DNA from: the human T2T-CHM13v2.0 reference genome, Homo sapiens
Assembly: GCF_009914755.1 (NCBI RefSeq)
Contig: NC_060932.1
Direction: 5' to 3' (one strand)
Length of the DNA stretch: 64,000 nucleotides
Position numbers and translations under genes: made by a program. This document shows, in pieces, positions 41,201 to 55,276 of the stretch (the stretch's first letter is position 1; each line of letters starts with the position of its first letter). The notes beneath the pieces are model-generated. The model had not been told where the DNA came from. It ran no database searches and saw only the letters and a list, made by a program, of their open reading frames with translations.

Positions 41201-44200
41201 TCAGAGTTGAACATTCCCTTTCATAGAGTAGGTTTGAAACCCTCTTTTTATAGTGTCTGGAAGCGGGCATTTGGAGCGCTTTCAGGCCTATGCTGAAAAA
41301 GGAGATATCTACCTATAGAAACTAGACAGAAGCATTCTGAGAATCACGTTTGTGATGTGGGTACTCAACTAACAGTGTTGATCCATTCTTTTGATACAGC
41401 AGTTTTGAACCACACTTTTTGTAGAATCTGCAAGTGGATATTTGGATAGCTGTGAGGATTTCGTTGGAAACGGGAATGTCTTCATAGAAAATTTAGAGAG
41501 AAGCATTCTCAGAACCTTGATTGTGATGTGTGTTCTCCACTAACAGAGTTGAACCTTTCTTTTGACAGAACTGTTCTGAAACATTCTTTTTATAGAATCT
41601 GGAAGTGGATATTTGGAAAGCTTTGAGGATTTCGTTGGAAACGGGAATATCTTCAAATAAAATCTAGCCAGAAGCATTCTAAGAAACATCTTAGGGATGT
41701 TTACATTCAAGTCACAGAGTTGAACATTCCCTTTCACAGAGCAGGTTTGAAACAATCTTCTCGTACTATCTGGCAGTGGACATTTTGAGCTCTTTGGGGC
41801 CTATGCTGAAAAAGGAAATATCTTCCGACAAAAACTAGACAGAAGCATTCGCAGAATCACGTTTGTGATGTGTGCACTCAACTGTCAGAATTGAACCTTG
41901 GTTTGGAGAGAGCACTTTTGAAACACTCTTTTTGTAGAATCTGCAGGTGGATATTTGGCTAGCTTTGAGGATTTCGTTGGAAACGGTAATGTCTTCAAAG
42001 AAAATCTAGACAGAAGCATTCTCAGAAACACCTTCGTGATGTTTGCAATCAAGTCACAGAGTTGAACCTTCCGTTTCATAGAGCAGGTTGGAAACACACT
42101 TTTTGTAGTATCTGGAAGTGGACATTTGGAGGGCTTTGTAGCCTATCTGGAAAAAGGAAATATCTTCCCATGAATGCGAGATAGAAGTAATCTCAGAAAC
42201 ATGTTTATGCTGTATCTACTCAACTAACTGTGCTGAACATTTCTATTGATAGAGCAGTTTTGAGACACTCTTCTTTTGGAATCTGCAAGTGTATATTTGG
42301 ATAGATTTGAGGATTTCGTTGGAAACGGTATTATATATAAAAAGTAGACAGCAGCATTCTCAGAAACTTCTTTGTGATGTTTGCATCCAGCTCCCAGAGT
42401 TGAACATTCCCTTTCATAGAGTAGGTTTGAAACCCTCTTTTTATAGTGTCTGGAAGCGGGCATTTGGAGCGCTTTCAGGCCTATGCTGAAAAAGGAAATA
42501 TCTACCTATAGAAACTAGACAGAAGCATTCTGCGAATCACGTTTGTGATGTGGGTACTCAACTAACAGTGTTGATCCATTCTTTTGATACAGCAGTTTTG
42601 AACAACACTTTTTGTAGAATCTGCAAGTGGATATTTGGATAGCTGTGAGGATTTCGTTGGAAACGGGAATGTCTTCATAGAAAATTTAGACAGAAGCATT
42701 CTCAGAACCTTGATTGTGATGTGTGTTCTCCACTAACAGAGTTGAACCTTTCTTTTGACAGAACTGTTCTGAAACATTCTTTTTATAGAATCTGGAAGTG
42801 GATATTTGGAAAGCTTTGAGGATTTCGTTGGAAACGGGAATATCTTCAAATCAAATCTAGCCAGAAGCATTCTAAGAAACAGCTTAGGGATGTTTACATT
42901 CAAGTCACAGAGTTGAACATTCCCTTTCACAGAGCAGGTTTGAAACAATCTTCTCGTACTATCTGGCAGTGGACATTTTGAGCTCTTTGGGGCCTATGCT
43001 GAAAAAGGAAATATCTTCCGACAAAAACTAGACAGAAGCATTCGCAGAATCACGTTTGTGATGTGTGCACTCAACTGTCAGAATTGAACCTTGGTTTGGA
43101 GAGAGCACTTTTGAAACACTCTTTTTGTAGAATCTGCAGGTGGATATTTGGCTAGCTTTGAGGATTTCGTTGGAAACGGTAATGTCTTCAAAGAAAATCT
43201 AGACAGAAGCATTCTCAGAAACACCTTCGTGATGTTTGCAATCAAGTCACAGAGTTGAACCTTCCGTTTCATAGAGCAGGTTGGAAACACACTTTTTGTA
43301 GTATCTGGAAGTGGACATTTGGAGGGCTTTGTAGCCTATCTGGAAAAAGGAAATATCTTCCCATGAATGCGAGATAGAAGTAATCTCAGAAACATGTTTA
43401 TGCTGTATCTACTCAACTAACTGTGCTGAACATTTCTATTGATAGAGCAGTTTTGAGACACTCTTCTTTTGGAATCTGCAAGTGGATATTTGGATAGATT
43501 TGAGGATTTCGTTGGAAACGGGATTATATATAAAAAGTAGACAGCAGCATTCTCAGAAACTTCTTTGTGATGTTTGCATCCAGCTCTCAGAGTTGAACAT
43601 TCCCTTTCATAGAGTAGGTTTGAAACCCTCTTTTTATAGTGTCTGGAAGCGGGCATTTGGAGCGCTTTCAGGCCTATGCTTAAAATAGGAAATATCTACC
43701 TACAGAAACTAGACAGAAGCATTCTGAGAATCACGTTTGTGATGTGGGTACTCAACTAACAGTGTTGATCCATTCTTTTGATACAGCAGTTTTGAACCAC
43801 ACTTTTTGTAGAATCTGCAAGAGGATATTTGGATAGCTGTGAGGATTTCGTTGGAAACGGGAATGTCTTCAAAGAAAATCTAGACAGAAGCATTCTCAGA
43901 AACACCTTCGTGATGTTTGCAATCAAGTCACAGAGTTGAACCTTCCGTTTCATAGAGCAGGTTGGAAACACTCTTATTGTAGTATCTGGAAGTGGACATT
44001 TGGAGCGCTTTCAGGCCTATGGTGAAAAAGGAAATATCTTCCCATAAAAACGACATAGAAGGTATCTCAGGAACTTGTTTATGATGCATCTAATCAACTA
44101 ACAGTGTTGAACCTTTGTACTGACAGAGCACTTTGAAACACTCTTTTTTTGGAATCTGCAAGTGGATATTTGGATCGCTTTGAGGATTTCGTTGGAAACG

Positions 44201-47200
44201 GGATGCAATATAAAACGTACACAGCAGCATACTCAGAAAATACTTTGCCATATTTCCATTCAAGTCACAGAGTGGAACATTCCCATTCATAGAGCAGGTT
44301 GGAAACACTCTTTTTGGAGTATCTGGAAGTGGACATTTGGAGCGCTTTCTGAACTATGGTGAAAAAGGAAATATCTTCCAATGAAAACAAGACAGAAGCA
44401 TTCTGAGAAACTTATTTGTGATGTGTGTCCTCAACAAACGGACTTGAACCTTTCGTTTCATGCAGTACTTCTGGAACACTCTTTTTGAAGATTCTGCATG
44501 CGGATATTTGGATAGCTTTGAGGATTTCGTTGGAAACGGGCTTACATGTAAAAATTAGACAGCAGCATTCTCAGAAACTTCTTTGTGGTGTCTGCATTCA
44601 AGTCACAGAATTGAACTTCCCCTCACATAGAGCAGTTGTGCAGCACTCTATTTGTAGTATCTGGAAGTGGACATTTGGAGGGCTTTGTAGCCTATCTGGA
44701 AAAAGGAAATATCTTCCCATGAATGCGAGATAGAAGTAATCTCAGAAACATGTTTATGCTGTATCTACTCAACTAACTGTGCTGAACATTTCTATTGATA
44801 GAGCAGTTTTGAGACCCTCTTCTTTTGGAATCTGCAAGTGGATATTTGGATAGATTTGAGGATTTCGTTGGAAACGGGATTATATATCAAAAGTAGACAG
44901 CAGCATTCTCAGAAACTTCTTTGTGATGTTTGCATCCAGCTCTCAGAGTTGAACATTCCCTTTCATAGAGTAGGTTTGAAACCCTCTTTTTATAGTGTCT
45001 GGAAGCGGGCATTTGGAGCGCTTTCAGGCCTATGCTGAAAAAGGAGATATCTACCTATAGAAACTAGACAGAAGCATTCTGAGAATCACGTTTGTGATGT
45101 GGGTACTCAACTAACAGTGTTGATCCATTCTTTTGATACAGCAGTTTTGAACCACACTTTTTGTAGAATCTGCAAGTGGATATTTGGATAGCTGTGAGGA
45201 TTTCGTTGGAAACGGGAATGTCTTCATAGAAAATTTAGAGAGAAGCATTCTCAGAACCTTGATTGTGATGTGTGTTCTCCACTAACAGAGTTGAACCTTT
45301 CTTTTGACAGAACTGTTCTGAAACATTCTTTTTATAGAATCTGGAAGTGGATATTTGGAAAGCTTTGAGGATTTCGTTGGAAACGGGAATATCTTCAAAT
45401 AAAATCTAGCCAGAAGCATTCTAAGAAACATCTTAGGGATGTTTACATTCAAGTCACAGAGTTGAACATTCCCTTTCACAGAGCAGGTTTGAAACAATCT
45501 TCTCGTACTATCTGGCAGTGGACATTTTGAGCTCTTTGGGGCCTATGCTGAAAAAGGAAATATCTTCCGACAAAAACTAGTCAGAAGCATTCGCAGAATC
45601 ACGTTTGTGATGTGTGCACTCAACTGTCAGAATTGAACCTTGGTTTGGAGAGAGTACTTTTGAAACACACTTTTTGTAGAATCTGCAGGTGGATATTTGG
45701 CTAGCTTTGAGGATTTCGTTGGAAACGGTAATGTCTTCAAAGAAAATCTAGACAGAAGCATTCTCAGAAACACCTTCGTGATGTTTGCAATCAAGTCACA
45801 GAGTTGAACCTTCCGTTTCATAGAGCATGTTGGAAACACACTTTTTGTAGTATCTGGAAGTGGACATTTGGAGGGCTTTGTAGCCTATCTGGAAAAAGGA
45901 AATATCTTCCCATGAATGCGAGATAGATGTAATCTCAGAAACATGTTTATGCTGTATCTACTCAACTAACTGTGCTGAACATTTCTATTGATAGAGCAGT
46001 TTTGAGACACTCTTCTTTTGGAATCTGCAAGTGGATATTTGGATAGATTTGAGGATTTCGTTGGAAACGGGATTATATATAAAAAGTAGACAGCAGCATT
46101 CTCAGAAACTTCTTTGTGATGTTTGCATCCAGCTCTCAGAGTTGAACATTCCCTTTCATAGAGTAGGTTTGAAACCCTCTTTTTATAGTGTCTGGAAGCG
46201 GGCATTTGGAGCGCTTTCAGGCCTATGCTGAAAAAGGAAATATCTACCTATAGAAACTAGACAGAAGCATTCTGAGAATCACGTTTCTGATGTGGGTACT
46301 CAACTAACAGTGTTGATCCATTCTTTTGATACAGCAGTTTTGAACCACACTTTTTGTAGAATCTGCAAGTGGATATTTGGATAGCTGTGAGGATTTCGTT
46401 GGAAACGGGAATGTCTTCATAGAAAATTTAGACAGAAGCATTCTCAGAACCTTGATTGTGATGTGTGTTCTCCACTAACAGAGTTGAAACTTTCTTTTGA
46501 CAGAACTGTTCTGAAACATTCTTTTTATAGAATCTGGAAGTGGATATTTGGAAAGCTTTGAGGATTTCGTTGGAAACGGGAATATCTTCAAATCAAATCT
46601 AGCCAGAAGCATTCTAAGAAACAGCTTAGGGATGTTTACATTCAAGTCACAGAGTTGAACATTCCCTTTCACAGAGCAGGTTTGAAACAATCTTCTCGTA
46701 CTATCTGGCAGTGGACATTTTGAGCTCCTTGGGGCCTATGCTGAAAAAGGAAATATCTTCCGACAAAAACTAGACAGAAGCATTCGCAGAATCACGTTTG
46801 TGATGTGTGCACTCAACTGTCAGAATTGAACCTTGGTTTGGAGAGAGCACTCTTGAAACACTCTTTTTGTAGAATCTGCAGGTGGATATTTGGCTAGCTT
46901 TGAGGATTTCGTTGGAAACGGTAATGTCTTCAAAGAAAATCTAGACAGAAGCATTCTCCGAAACACCTTCGTGATGTTTGCAATCAAGTCACAGAGTTGA
47001 ACCTTCCGTTTCATAGAGCAGGTTGGAAACACTCTTTTTGTAGTATCTGGAAGTGGACATTTGGAGTGCTTTCAGGCCTATGGTGAAAAAGGAAATATCT
47101 TCCCATAAAAACGACATAGAAGCTATCTCAGGAACTTGTTTATGATGCATCTAATCAACTAACAGTGTTGAACCTTTGTACTGACAGAGCAGTTTGAAAC

Positions 47201-47797
47201 ACTCTTTTTTTGGAATCTGCAAGTGGATATTTGGATCGCTTTGAGGATTTCGTTGGAAACGGGATGCAATATAAAACGTACACAGCAGCATACTCAGAAA
47301 ATACTTTGCCATATTTCCATTCAAGTCACAGAGTGGAACATTCCCATTCATAGAGCAGGTTTGAAACACTCTTTTTGGAGTATCTGGAAGTGGACATTTG
47401 GAGCGCTTTCTGAACTATGGTGAAAAAGGAAATATCTTCCAATGAAAACAAGACAGAAGCATTCTGAGAAACTTATTTGTGATGTGTGTCCTCAACAAAC
47501 GGACTTGAACCTTTCGTTTCATGCAGTACTTCTGGAACACTCTTTTTGAAGATTCTGCATGCGGATATTTGGATAGCTTTGAGGATTTCGTTGGAAACGG
47601 GCTTACATGTAAAAATTAGACAGCAGCATTCTCAGAAACTTCTTTGTGGTGTCTGCATTCAAGTCACAGAATTGAACATCCCCTCACATAGAGCAGTTGT
47701 GCAGCACTCTATTTGTAGTATCTGGAAGTGGACATTTGGAGGGCTTTGTAGCCTATCTGGAAAAAGGAAATATCTTCCCATGAATGCGAGATAGAAG
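29279..47797 (+). repeat. Macro-repeat copy 2 (18,519 bp), directly adjacent to copy 1
   Basis: Same HOR order, and a constant ORF-coordinate offset of 18,519 across the block. Confidence 0.92.
45930..47797 (+). repeat. 11-mer HOR, haplotype 1
   Basis: 1868-bp spacing; same marker alleles as 569-2436. Confidence 0.93.
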
Positions 47798-50346
47798 TAA
47801 TCTCAGAAACATGTTTATGCTGTATCTACTCAACTAACTGTGCTGAACATTTCTATTGATAGAGCAGTTTTGAGACACTCTTCTTTTGGAATCTGCAAGT
47901 TTATATTTGGATAGATTTGAGGATTTCGTTGGAAACGGGATTATATATAAAAAGTAGACAGCAGCATTCTCAGAAACTTCTTTGTGATGTTTGCATCCAG
48001 CTCTCAGAGTTGAACATTCCCTTTCATAGAGTAGGTTTGAAACCCTCTTTTTATAGTGTCTGGAAGCGGGCATTTGGAGCGCTTTCAGGCCTATGCTTAA
48101 AATAGGAAATATCTACCTACAGAAACTAGACAGAAGCATTCTGAGAATCACGTTTGTGATGTGGGTACTCAACTAACAGTGTTGATCCATTCTTTTGACA
48201 CAGCAGTTTTGAACCACACTTTTTGTAGAATCTGCAAGAGGATATTTGGATAGCTGTGAGGATTTCGTTGGAAACGGGAATGTCTTCAAAGAAAATCTAG
48301 ACAGAAGCATTCTCAGAAACACCTTCGTGATGTTTGCAATCAAGTCACAGAGTTGAACCTTCCGTTTCATAGAGCAGGTTGGAAACACTCTTATTGTAGT
48401 ATCTGGAAGTGGACATTTGGAGCGCTTTCAGGCCTATGGTGAAAAAGGAAATATCTTCCCATAAAAACGACATAGAAGCTATCTCAGGAACTTGTTTATG
48501 ATGCATCTAATCAACTAACAGTGTTGAACCTTTGTACTGACAGAGCACTTTGAAACACTCTTTTTTTGGAATCTGCAAGTGGATATTTGGATCGCTTTGA
48601 GGATTTCGTTGGAAACGGGATGCAATATAAAACGTACACAGCAGCATACTCAGAAAATACTTTGCCATATTTCCATTCAAGTCACAGAGTGGAACATTCC
48701 CATTCATAGAGCAGGTTGGAAACACTCTTTTTGGAGTATCTGGAAGTGGACATTTGGAGCGCTTTCTGAACTATGGTGAAAAAGGAAATATCTTCCAATG
48801 AAAACAAGACAGAAGCATTCTGAGAAACTTATTTGTGATGTGTGTCCTCAACAAACGGACTTGAACCTTTCGTTTCATGCAGTACTTCTGGAACACTCTT
48901 TTTGAAGATTCTGCATGCGGATATTTGGATAGCTTTGAGGATTTCGTTGGAAACGGGCTTACATGTAAAAATTAGACAGCAGCATTCTCAGAAACTTCTT
49001 TGTGGTGTCTGCATTCAAGTCACAGAATTGAACTTCTCCTCACATAGAGCAGTTGTGCAGCACTCTATTTGTAGTATCTGGAAGTGGACATTTGGAGGGC
49101 TTTGTAGCCTATCTGGAAAAAGGAAATATCTTCCCATGAATGCGAGATAGAAGTAATCTCAGAAACATGTTTATGCTGTATCTACTCAACTAACTGTGCT
49201 GAACATTTCTATTGATAGAGCAGTTTTGAGACCCTCTTCTTTTGGAATCTGCAAGTGGATATTTGGATAGATTTGAGGATTTCGTTGGAAACGGGATTAT
49301 ATATAAAAAGTAGACAGCAGCATTCTCAGAAACTTCTTTGTGATGTTTGCATCCAGCTCTCAGAGTTGAACATTCCCTTTCATAGAGTAGGTTTGAAACC
49401 CTCTTTTTATAGTGTCTGGAAGCGGGCATTTGGAGCGCTTTCAGGCCTATGCTGAAAAAGGAAATATCTACATATAGAAACTAGACAGAAGCATTCTGAG
49501 AATCAAGTTTGTGATGTGGGTACTCAACTAACAGTGTTGATCCATTCTTTTGATACAGCAGTTTTGAACCACACTTTTTGTAGAATCTGCAAGTGGATAT
49601 TTGGATAGCTGTGAGGATTTCGTTGGAAACGGGAATGTCTTCATAGAAAATTTAGACAGAAGCATTCTCAGAACCTTGATTGTGATGTGTGTTCTCCACT
49701 AACAGAGTTGAACCTTTCTTTTGACAGAACTGTTCTGAAACATTCTTTTTATAGAATCTGGAAGTGGATATTTGGAAAGCTTTGAGGATTTCGTTGGAAA
49801 CGGGAATATCTTCAAATAAAATCTAGCCAGAAGCATTCTAAGAAACATCTTAGGGATGTTTACATTCAAGTCACAGAGTTGAACATTCCCTTTCACAGAG
49901 CAGGTTTGAAACAATCTTCTCGTACTATCTGGCAGTGGACATTTTGAGCTCTTTGGGGCCTATGCTGAAAAAGGAAATATCTTCCGACAAAAACTAGTCA
50001 GAAGCATTCGCAGAATCCCGTTTGTGATGTGTGCACTCAACTGTCAGAATTGAACCTTGGTTTGGAGAGAGCACTTTTGAAACACACTTTTTGTAGAATC
50101 TGCAGGTGGATATTTGGCTAGCTTTGAGGATTTCGTTGGAAACGGTAATGTCTTCAAAGAAAATCTAGACAGAAGCATTCTCAGAAACACCTTCGTGATG
50201 TTTGCAATCAAGTCACAGAGTTGAACCTTCCGTTTCATAGAGCAGGTTGGAAACACACTTTTTGTAGTATCTGGAAGTGGACATTTGGAGGGCTTTGTAG
50301 CCTATCTGGAAAAAGGAAATATCTTCCCATGAATGCGAGATAGATG

Positions 50347-52215
50347 TAATCTCAGAAACATGTTTATGCTGTATCTACTCAACTAACTGTGCTGAACATT
50401 TCTATTGATAGAGCAGTTTTGAGACACTCTTCTTTTGGAATCTGCAAGTGGATATTTGGATAGATTTGAGGATTTCGTTGGAAACGGGATTATATATAAA
50501 AAGTAGACAGCAGCATTCTCAGAAACTTCTTTGTGATGTTTGCATCCAGCTCTCAGAGTTGAACATTCCCTTTCATAGAGTAGGTTTGAAACCCTCTTTT
50601 TATAGTGTCTAGAAGCGGGCATTTGGAGCGCTTACAGGCCTGTGCTTAAAATAGGAAATATCCACCTACAGAAACTAGACAGAAGCATTCTGAGAATCAC
50701 GTTTGTGATGTGGGTACTCAACTAACAGTGTTGATCCATTCTTTTGATACAGCAGTTTTGAACCACACTTTTTGTAGAATCTGCAAGTGGATATTTGGAT
50801 AGCTGTGAGGATTTCGTTGGAAACGGGAATGTCTTCTTAGAAAACTTAGACAGAAGCATTCTCAGAACCTTGATTGTGATGTGTGTTCTCCACTAACAGA
50901 GTTGAACCTTTCTTTTGACAGAACTGTTCTGAAACATTCTTTTTATAGAATCTGAAAGTGGATATTTGGAAAGCTTTGAGGATTTCGTTGGAAACGGGAA
51001 TATCTTCAAATCAAATCTAGCCAGAAGCATTCTAAGAAACATCTTAGGGATGTTTACATTCAAGTCACAGAGTTGAACATTCCCTTTCACAGAGCAGGTT
51101 TGAAACAATCTTCTCGTACTATCTGGCAGTGGACATTTTGAGCTCCTTGGGGCCTATGCTGAAAATTGAAATATCTTCCAACAAAAACTAGACAGAAGCA
51201 TTCGCAGAATCACGTTTGTGATGTGTGCACTCAACTGTCAGAATTGAACCTTGGTTTGGACAGAGCACTTTTGAAACACTCTTTTTGTAGAATCTGCAGG
51301 TGGATATTTGGCTAGCTTTGAGGATTTCGTTGGAAACGGTAATGTCTTCAAAGAAAATCTAGACAGAAGCATTCTCAGAAACACCTTCGTGATGTTTGCA
51401 ATCAAGTCACAGAGTTGAACCTTCCGTTTCATAGAGCAGGTTGGAAACACTCTTTTTGTAGTATCTGGAAGTGGACATTTGGAGCGCTTTCAGGCCTATG
51501 GTGAAAAAGGAAATATCTTCCCATAAGAACGACATAGAAGCTATCTCAGGAACTTGTTTATGATGCATCTAATCAACTAACAGTGTTGAACCTTTGTACT
51601 GACAGAGCAGTTTGAAACACTCTTTTTTTGGAATCTGCAAGTGGATATTTGGATCGCTTTGAGGATTTCGTTGGAAACGGGATGCAATATAAAACGTACA
51701 CAGCAGCATACTCAGAAAATACTTTGCCATATTTCCATTCAAGTCACAGAGTGGAACATTCCCATTCATAGAGCAGGTTGGAAACACTCTTTTTGGAGTA
51801 TCTGGAAGTGGACATTTGGAGCGCTTTCTGAACTATGGTGAAAAAGGAAATAACTTCCAATGAAAACAAGACAGAAGCATTCTGAGAAACTTATTTGTGA
51901 TGTGTGTCCTCAACAAACGGACTTGAACCTTTCGTTTCATGCAGTACTTCTGGAACACTCTTTTTGAAGATTCTGCATGCGGATATTTGGATAGCTTTGA
52001 GGATTTCGTTGGAAACGGGCTTACATGTAAAAATTAGACAGCAGCATTCTCAGAAACTTCTTTGTGGTGTCTGCATTCAAGTCACAGAATTGAACTTCCC
52101 CTCACATAGAGCAGTTGTGCAGCACTCTATTTGTAGTATCTGGAAGTGGACATTTGGAGGGCTTTGTAGCCTATCTGGAAAAAGGAAATATCTTCCCATG
52201 AATGCGAGATAGAAG
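50347..52215 (+). repeat. 11-mer HOR (1869 bp), divergent haplotype 2
   Basis: Shares the rare variants of 4986-6854 at offset 45,361. Confidence 0.93.
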
Positions 52216-53408
52216 TAATCTCAGAAACATGTTTATGCTGTATCTACTCAACTAACTGTGCTGAACATTTCTATTGATAGAGCAGTTTTGAGACACTCTT
52301 CTTTTGGAATCTGCAAGTGGATATTTGGATAGATTTGAGGATTTCGTTGGAAACGGGATGATATATAAAAAGTAGACAGCAGCATTCTCAGAAACTTCTT
52401 TGTGATGTTTGCATCCAGCTCTCAGAGTTGAACATTCCCTTTCATAGAGTAGGTTTGAAACCCTCTTTTTATAGTGTCTGGAAGCGGGCATTTGGAGCGC
52501 TTTCAGGCCTATGCTGAAAAAGGAAATATCTACCTATAGAAACTAGACAGAAGCATTCTGAGAATCACGTTTCTGATGTGGGTACTCAACTAACAGTGTT
52601 GATCCATTCTTTTGATACAGCAGTTTTGAACCACACTTTTTGTAGAATCTGCAAGTGGATATTTGGATAGCTGTGAGGATTTCGTTGGAAACGGGAATGT
52701 CTTCATAGAAAATTTAGACAGAAGCATTCTCAGAACCTTGATTGTGATGTGTGTTCTCCACTAACAGAGTTGAACCTTTCTTTTGACAGAACTGTTCTGA
52801 AACATTCTTTTTATAGAATCTGGAAGTGGATATTTGGAAAGCTTTGAGGATTTCGTTGGAAACGGGAATATCTTCAAATCAAATCTAGCCAGAAGCATTC
52901 TAAGAAACATCTTAGGGATGTTTACATTCAAGTCACAGAGTTGAACATTCCCTTTCACAGAGCAGGTTTGAAACAATCTTCTCGTACTATCTGGCAGTGG
53001 ACATTTTGAGCTCCTTGGGGCCTATGCTGAAAAAGGAAATATCTTCCGACAAAAACTAGACAGAAGCATTCGCAGAATCACGTTTGTGATGTGTGCACTC
53101 AACTGTCAGAATTGAACCTTGGTTTGGACAGAGCACTTTTGAAACACTCTTTTTGTAGAATCTGCAGGTGGATATTTGGCTAGCTTTGAGGATTTCGTTG
53201 GAAACGGTAATGTCTTCAAAGAAAATCTAGACAGAAGCATTCTCAGAAACACCTTCGTGATGTTTGCAATCAAGTCACAGAGTTGAACCTTCCGTTTCAT
53301 AGAGCAGGTTGGAAACACTCTTTTTGTAGTATCTGGAAGTGGACATTTGGAGGGCTTTGTAGCCTATCTGGAAAAAGGAAATATCTTCCCATGAATGCGA
53401 GATAGAAG

Positions 53409-55276
53409 TAATCTCAGAAACATGTTTATGCTGTATCTACTCAACTAACTGTGCTGAACATTTCTATTGATAGAGCAGTTTTGAGACACTCTTCTTTTGG
53501 AATCTGCAAGTGGATATTTGGATAGATTTGAGGATTTCGTTGGAAACGGGATTATATATAAAAAGTAGACAGCAGCATTCTCAGAAACTTCTTTGTGATG
53601 TTTGCATCCAGCTCTCAGAGTTGAACATTCCCTTTCATAGAGTAGGTTTGAAACCCTCTTTTTATAGTGTCTGGAAGCGGGCATTTGGAGCGCTTTCAGG
53701 CCTATGCTGAAAAAGGAAATATCTACCTATAGAAACTAGACAGAAGCATTCTGAGAATCACGTTTCTGATGTGGGTACTCAACTAACAGTGTTGATCCAT
53801 TCTTTTGATACAGCAGTTTTGAACCACACTTTTTGTAGAATCTGCAAGTGGATATTTGGATAGCTGTGAGGATTTCGTTGGAAACGGGAATGTCTTCATA
53901 GAAAATTTAGACAGAAGCATTCTCAGAACCTTGATTGTGATGTGTGTTCTCCACTAACAGAGTTGAAACTTTCTTTTGACAGAACTGTTCTGAAACATTC
54001 TTTTTATAGAATCTGGAAGTGGATATTTGGAAAGCTTTGAGGATTTCGTTGGAAACGGGAATATCTTCAAATCAAATCTAGCCAGAAGCATTCTAAGAAA
54101 CAGCTTAGGGATGTTTACATTCAAGTCACAGAGTTGAACATTCCCTTTCACAGAGCAGGTTTGAAACAATCTTCTCGTACTATCTGGCAGTGGACATTTT
54201 GAGCTCCTTGGGGCCTATGCTGAAAAAGGAAATATCTTCCGACAAAAACTAGACAGAAGCATTCGCAGAATCACGTTTGTGATGTGTGCACTCAACTGTC
54301 AGAATTGAACCTTGGTTTGGAGAGAGCACTCTTGAAACACTCTTTTTGTAGAATCTGCAGGTGGATATTTGGCTAGCTTTGAGGATTTCGTTGGAAACGG
54401 TAATGTCTTCAAAGAAAATCTAGACAGAAGCATTCTCCGAAACACCTTCGTGATGTTTGCAATCAAGTCACAGAGTTGAACCTTCCGTTTCATAGAGCAG
54501 GTTGGAAACACTCTTTTTGTAGTATCTGGAAGTGGACATTTGGAGTGCTTTCAGGCCTATGGTGAAAAAGGAAATATCTTCCCATAAAAACGACATAGAA
54601 GCTATCTCAGGAACTTGTTTATGATGCATCTAATCAACTAACAGTGTTGAACCTTTGTACTGACAGAGCAGTTTGAAACACTCTTTTTTTGGAATCTGCA
54701 AGTGGATATTTGGATCGCTTTGAGGATTTCGTTGGAAACGGGATGCAATATAAAACGTACACAGCAGCATACTCAGAAAATACTTTGCCATATTTCCATT
54801 CAAGTCACAGAGTGGAACATTCCCATTCATAGAGCAGGTTGGAAACACTCTTTTTGGAGTATCTGGAAGTGGACATTTGGAGCGCTTTCTGAACTATGGT
54901 GAAAAAGGAAATATCTTCCAATGAAAACAAGACAGAAGCATTCTGAGAAACTTATTTGTGATGTGTGTCCTCAACAAACGGACTTGAACCTTTCGTTTCA
55001 TGCAGTACTTCTGGAACACTCTTTTTGAAGATTCTGCATGCGGATATTTGGATAGCTTTGAGGATTTCGTTGGAAACGGGCTTACATGTAAAAATTAGAC
55101 AGCAGCATTCTCAGAAACTTCTTTGTGGTGTCTGCATTCAAGTCACAGAATTGAACATCCCCTCACATAGAGCAGTTGTGCAGCACTCTATTTGTAGTAT
55201 CTGGAAGTGGACATTTGGAGGGCTTTGTAGCCTATCTGGAAAAAGGAAATATCTTCCCATGAATGCGAGATAGAAG
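53409..55276 (+). repeat. 11-mer HOR, haplotype 1
   Basis: 1868-bp spacing; same marker alleles as 569-2436 and 27411-29278. Confidence 0.93.

Larger units (their letters stand above)
45362..53708 (+). repeat. Block copy of bases 1-8347 (offset 45,361; [7] 11 8 7 11 7)
   Basis: Shared rare alleles: GAACTTCTCC, CTACATATAG, AATCAAGTTT, GAATCCCGTT, the whole haplotype-2 11-mer and GGGATGATAT. Confidence 0.9.
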
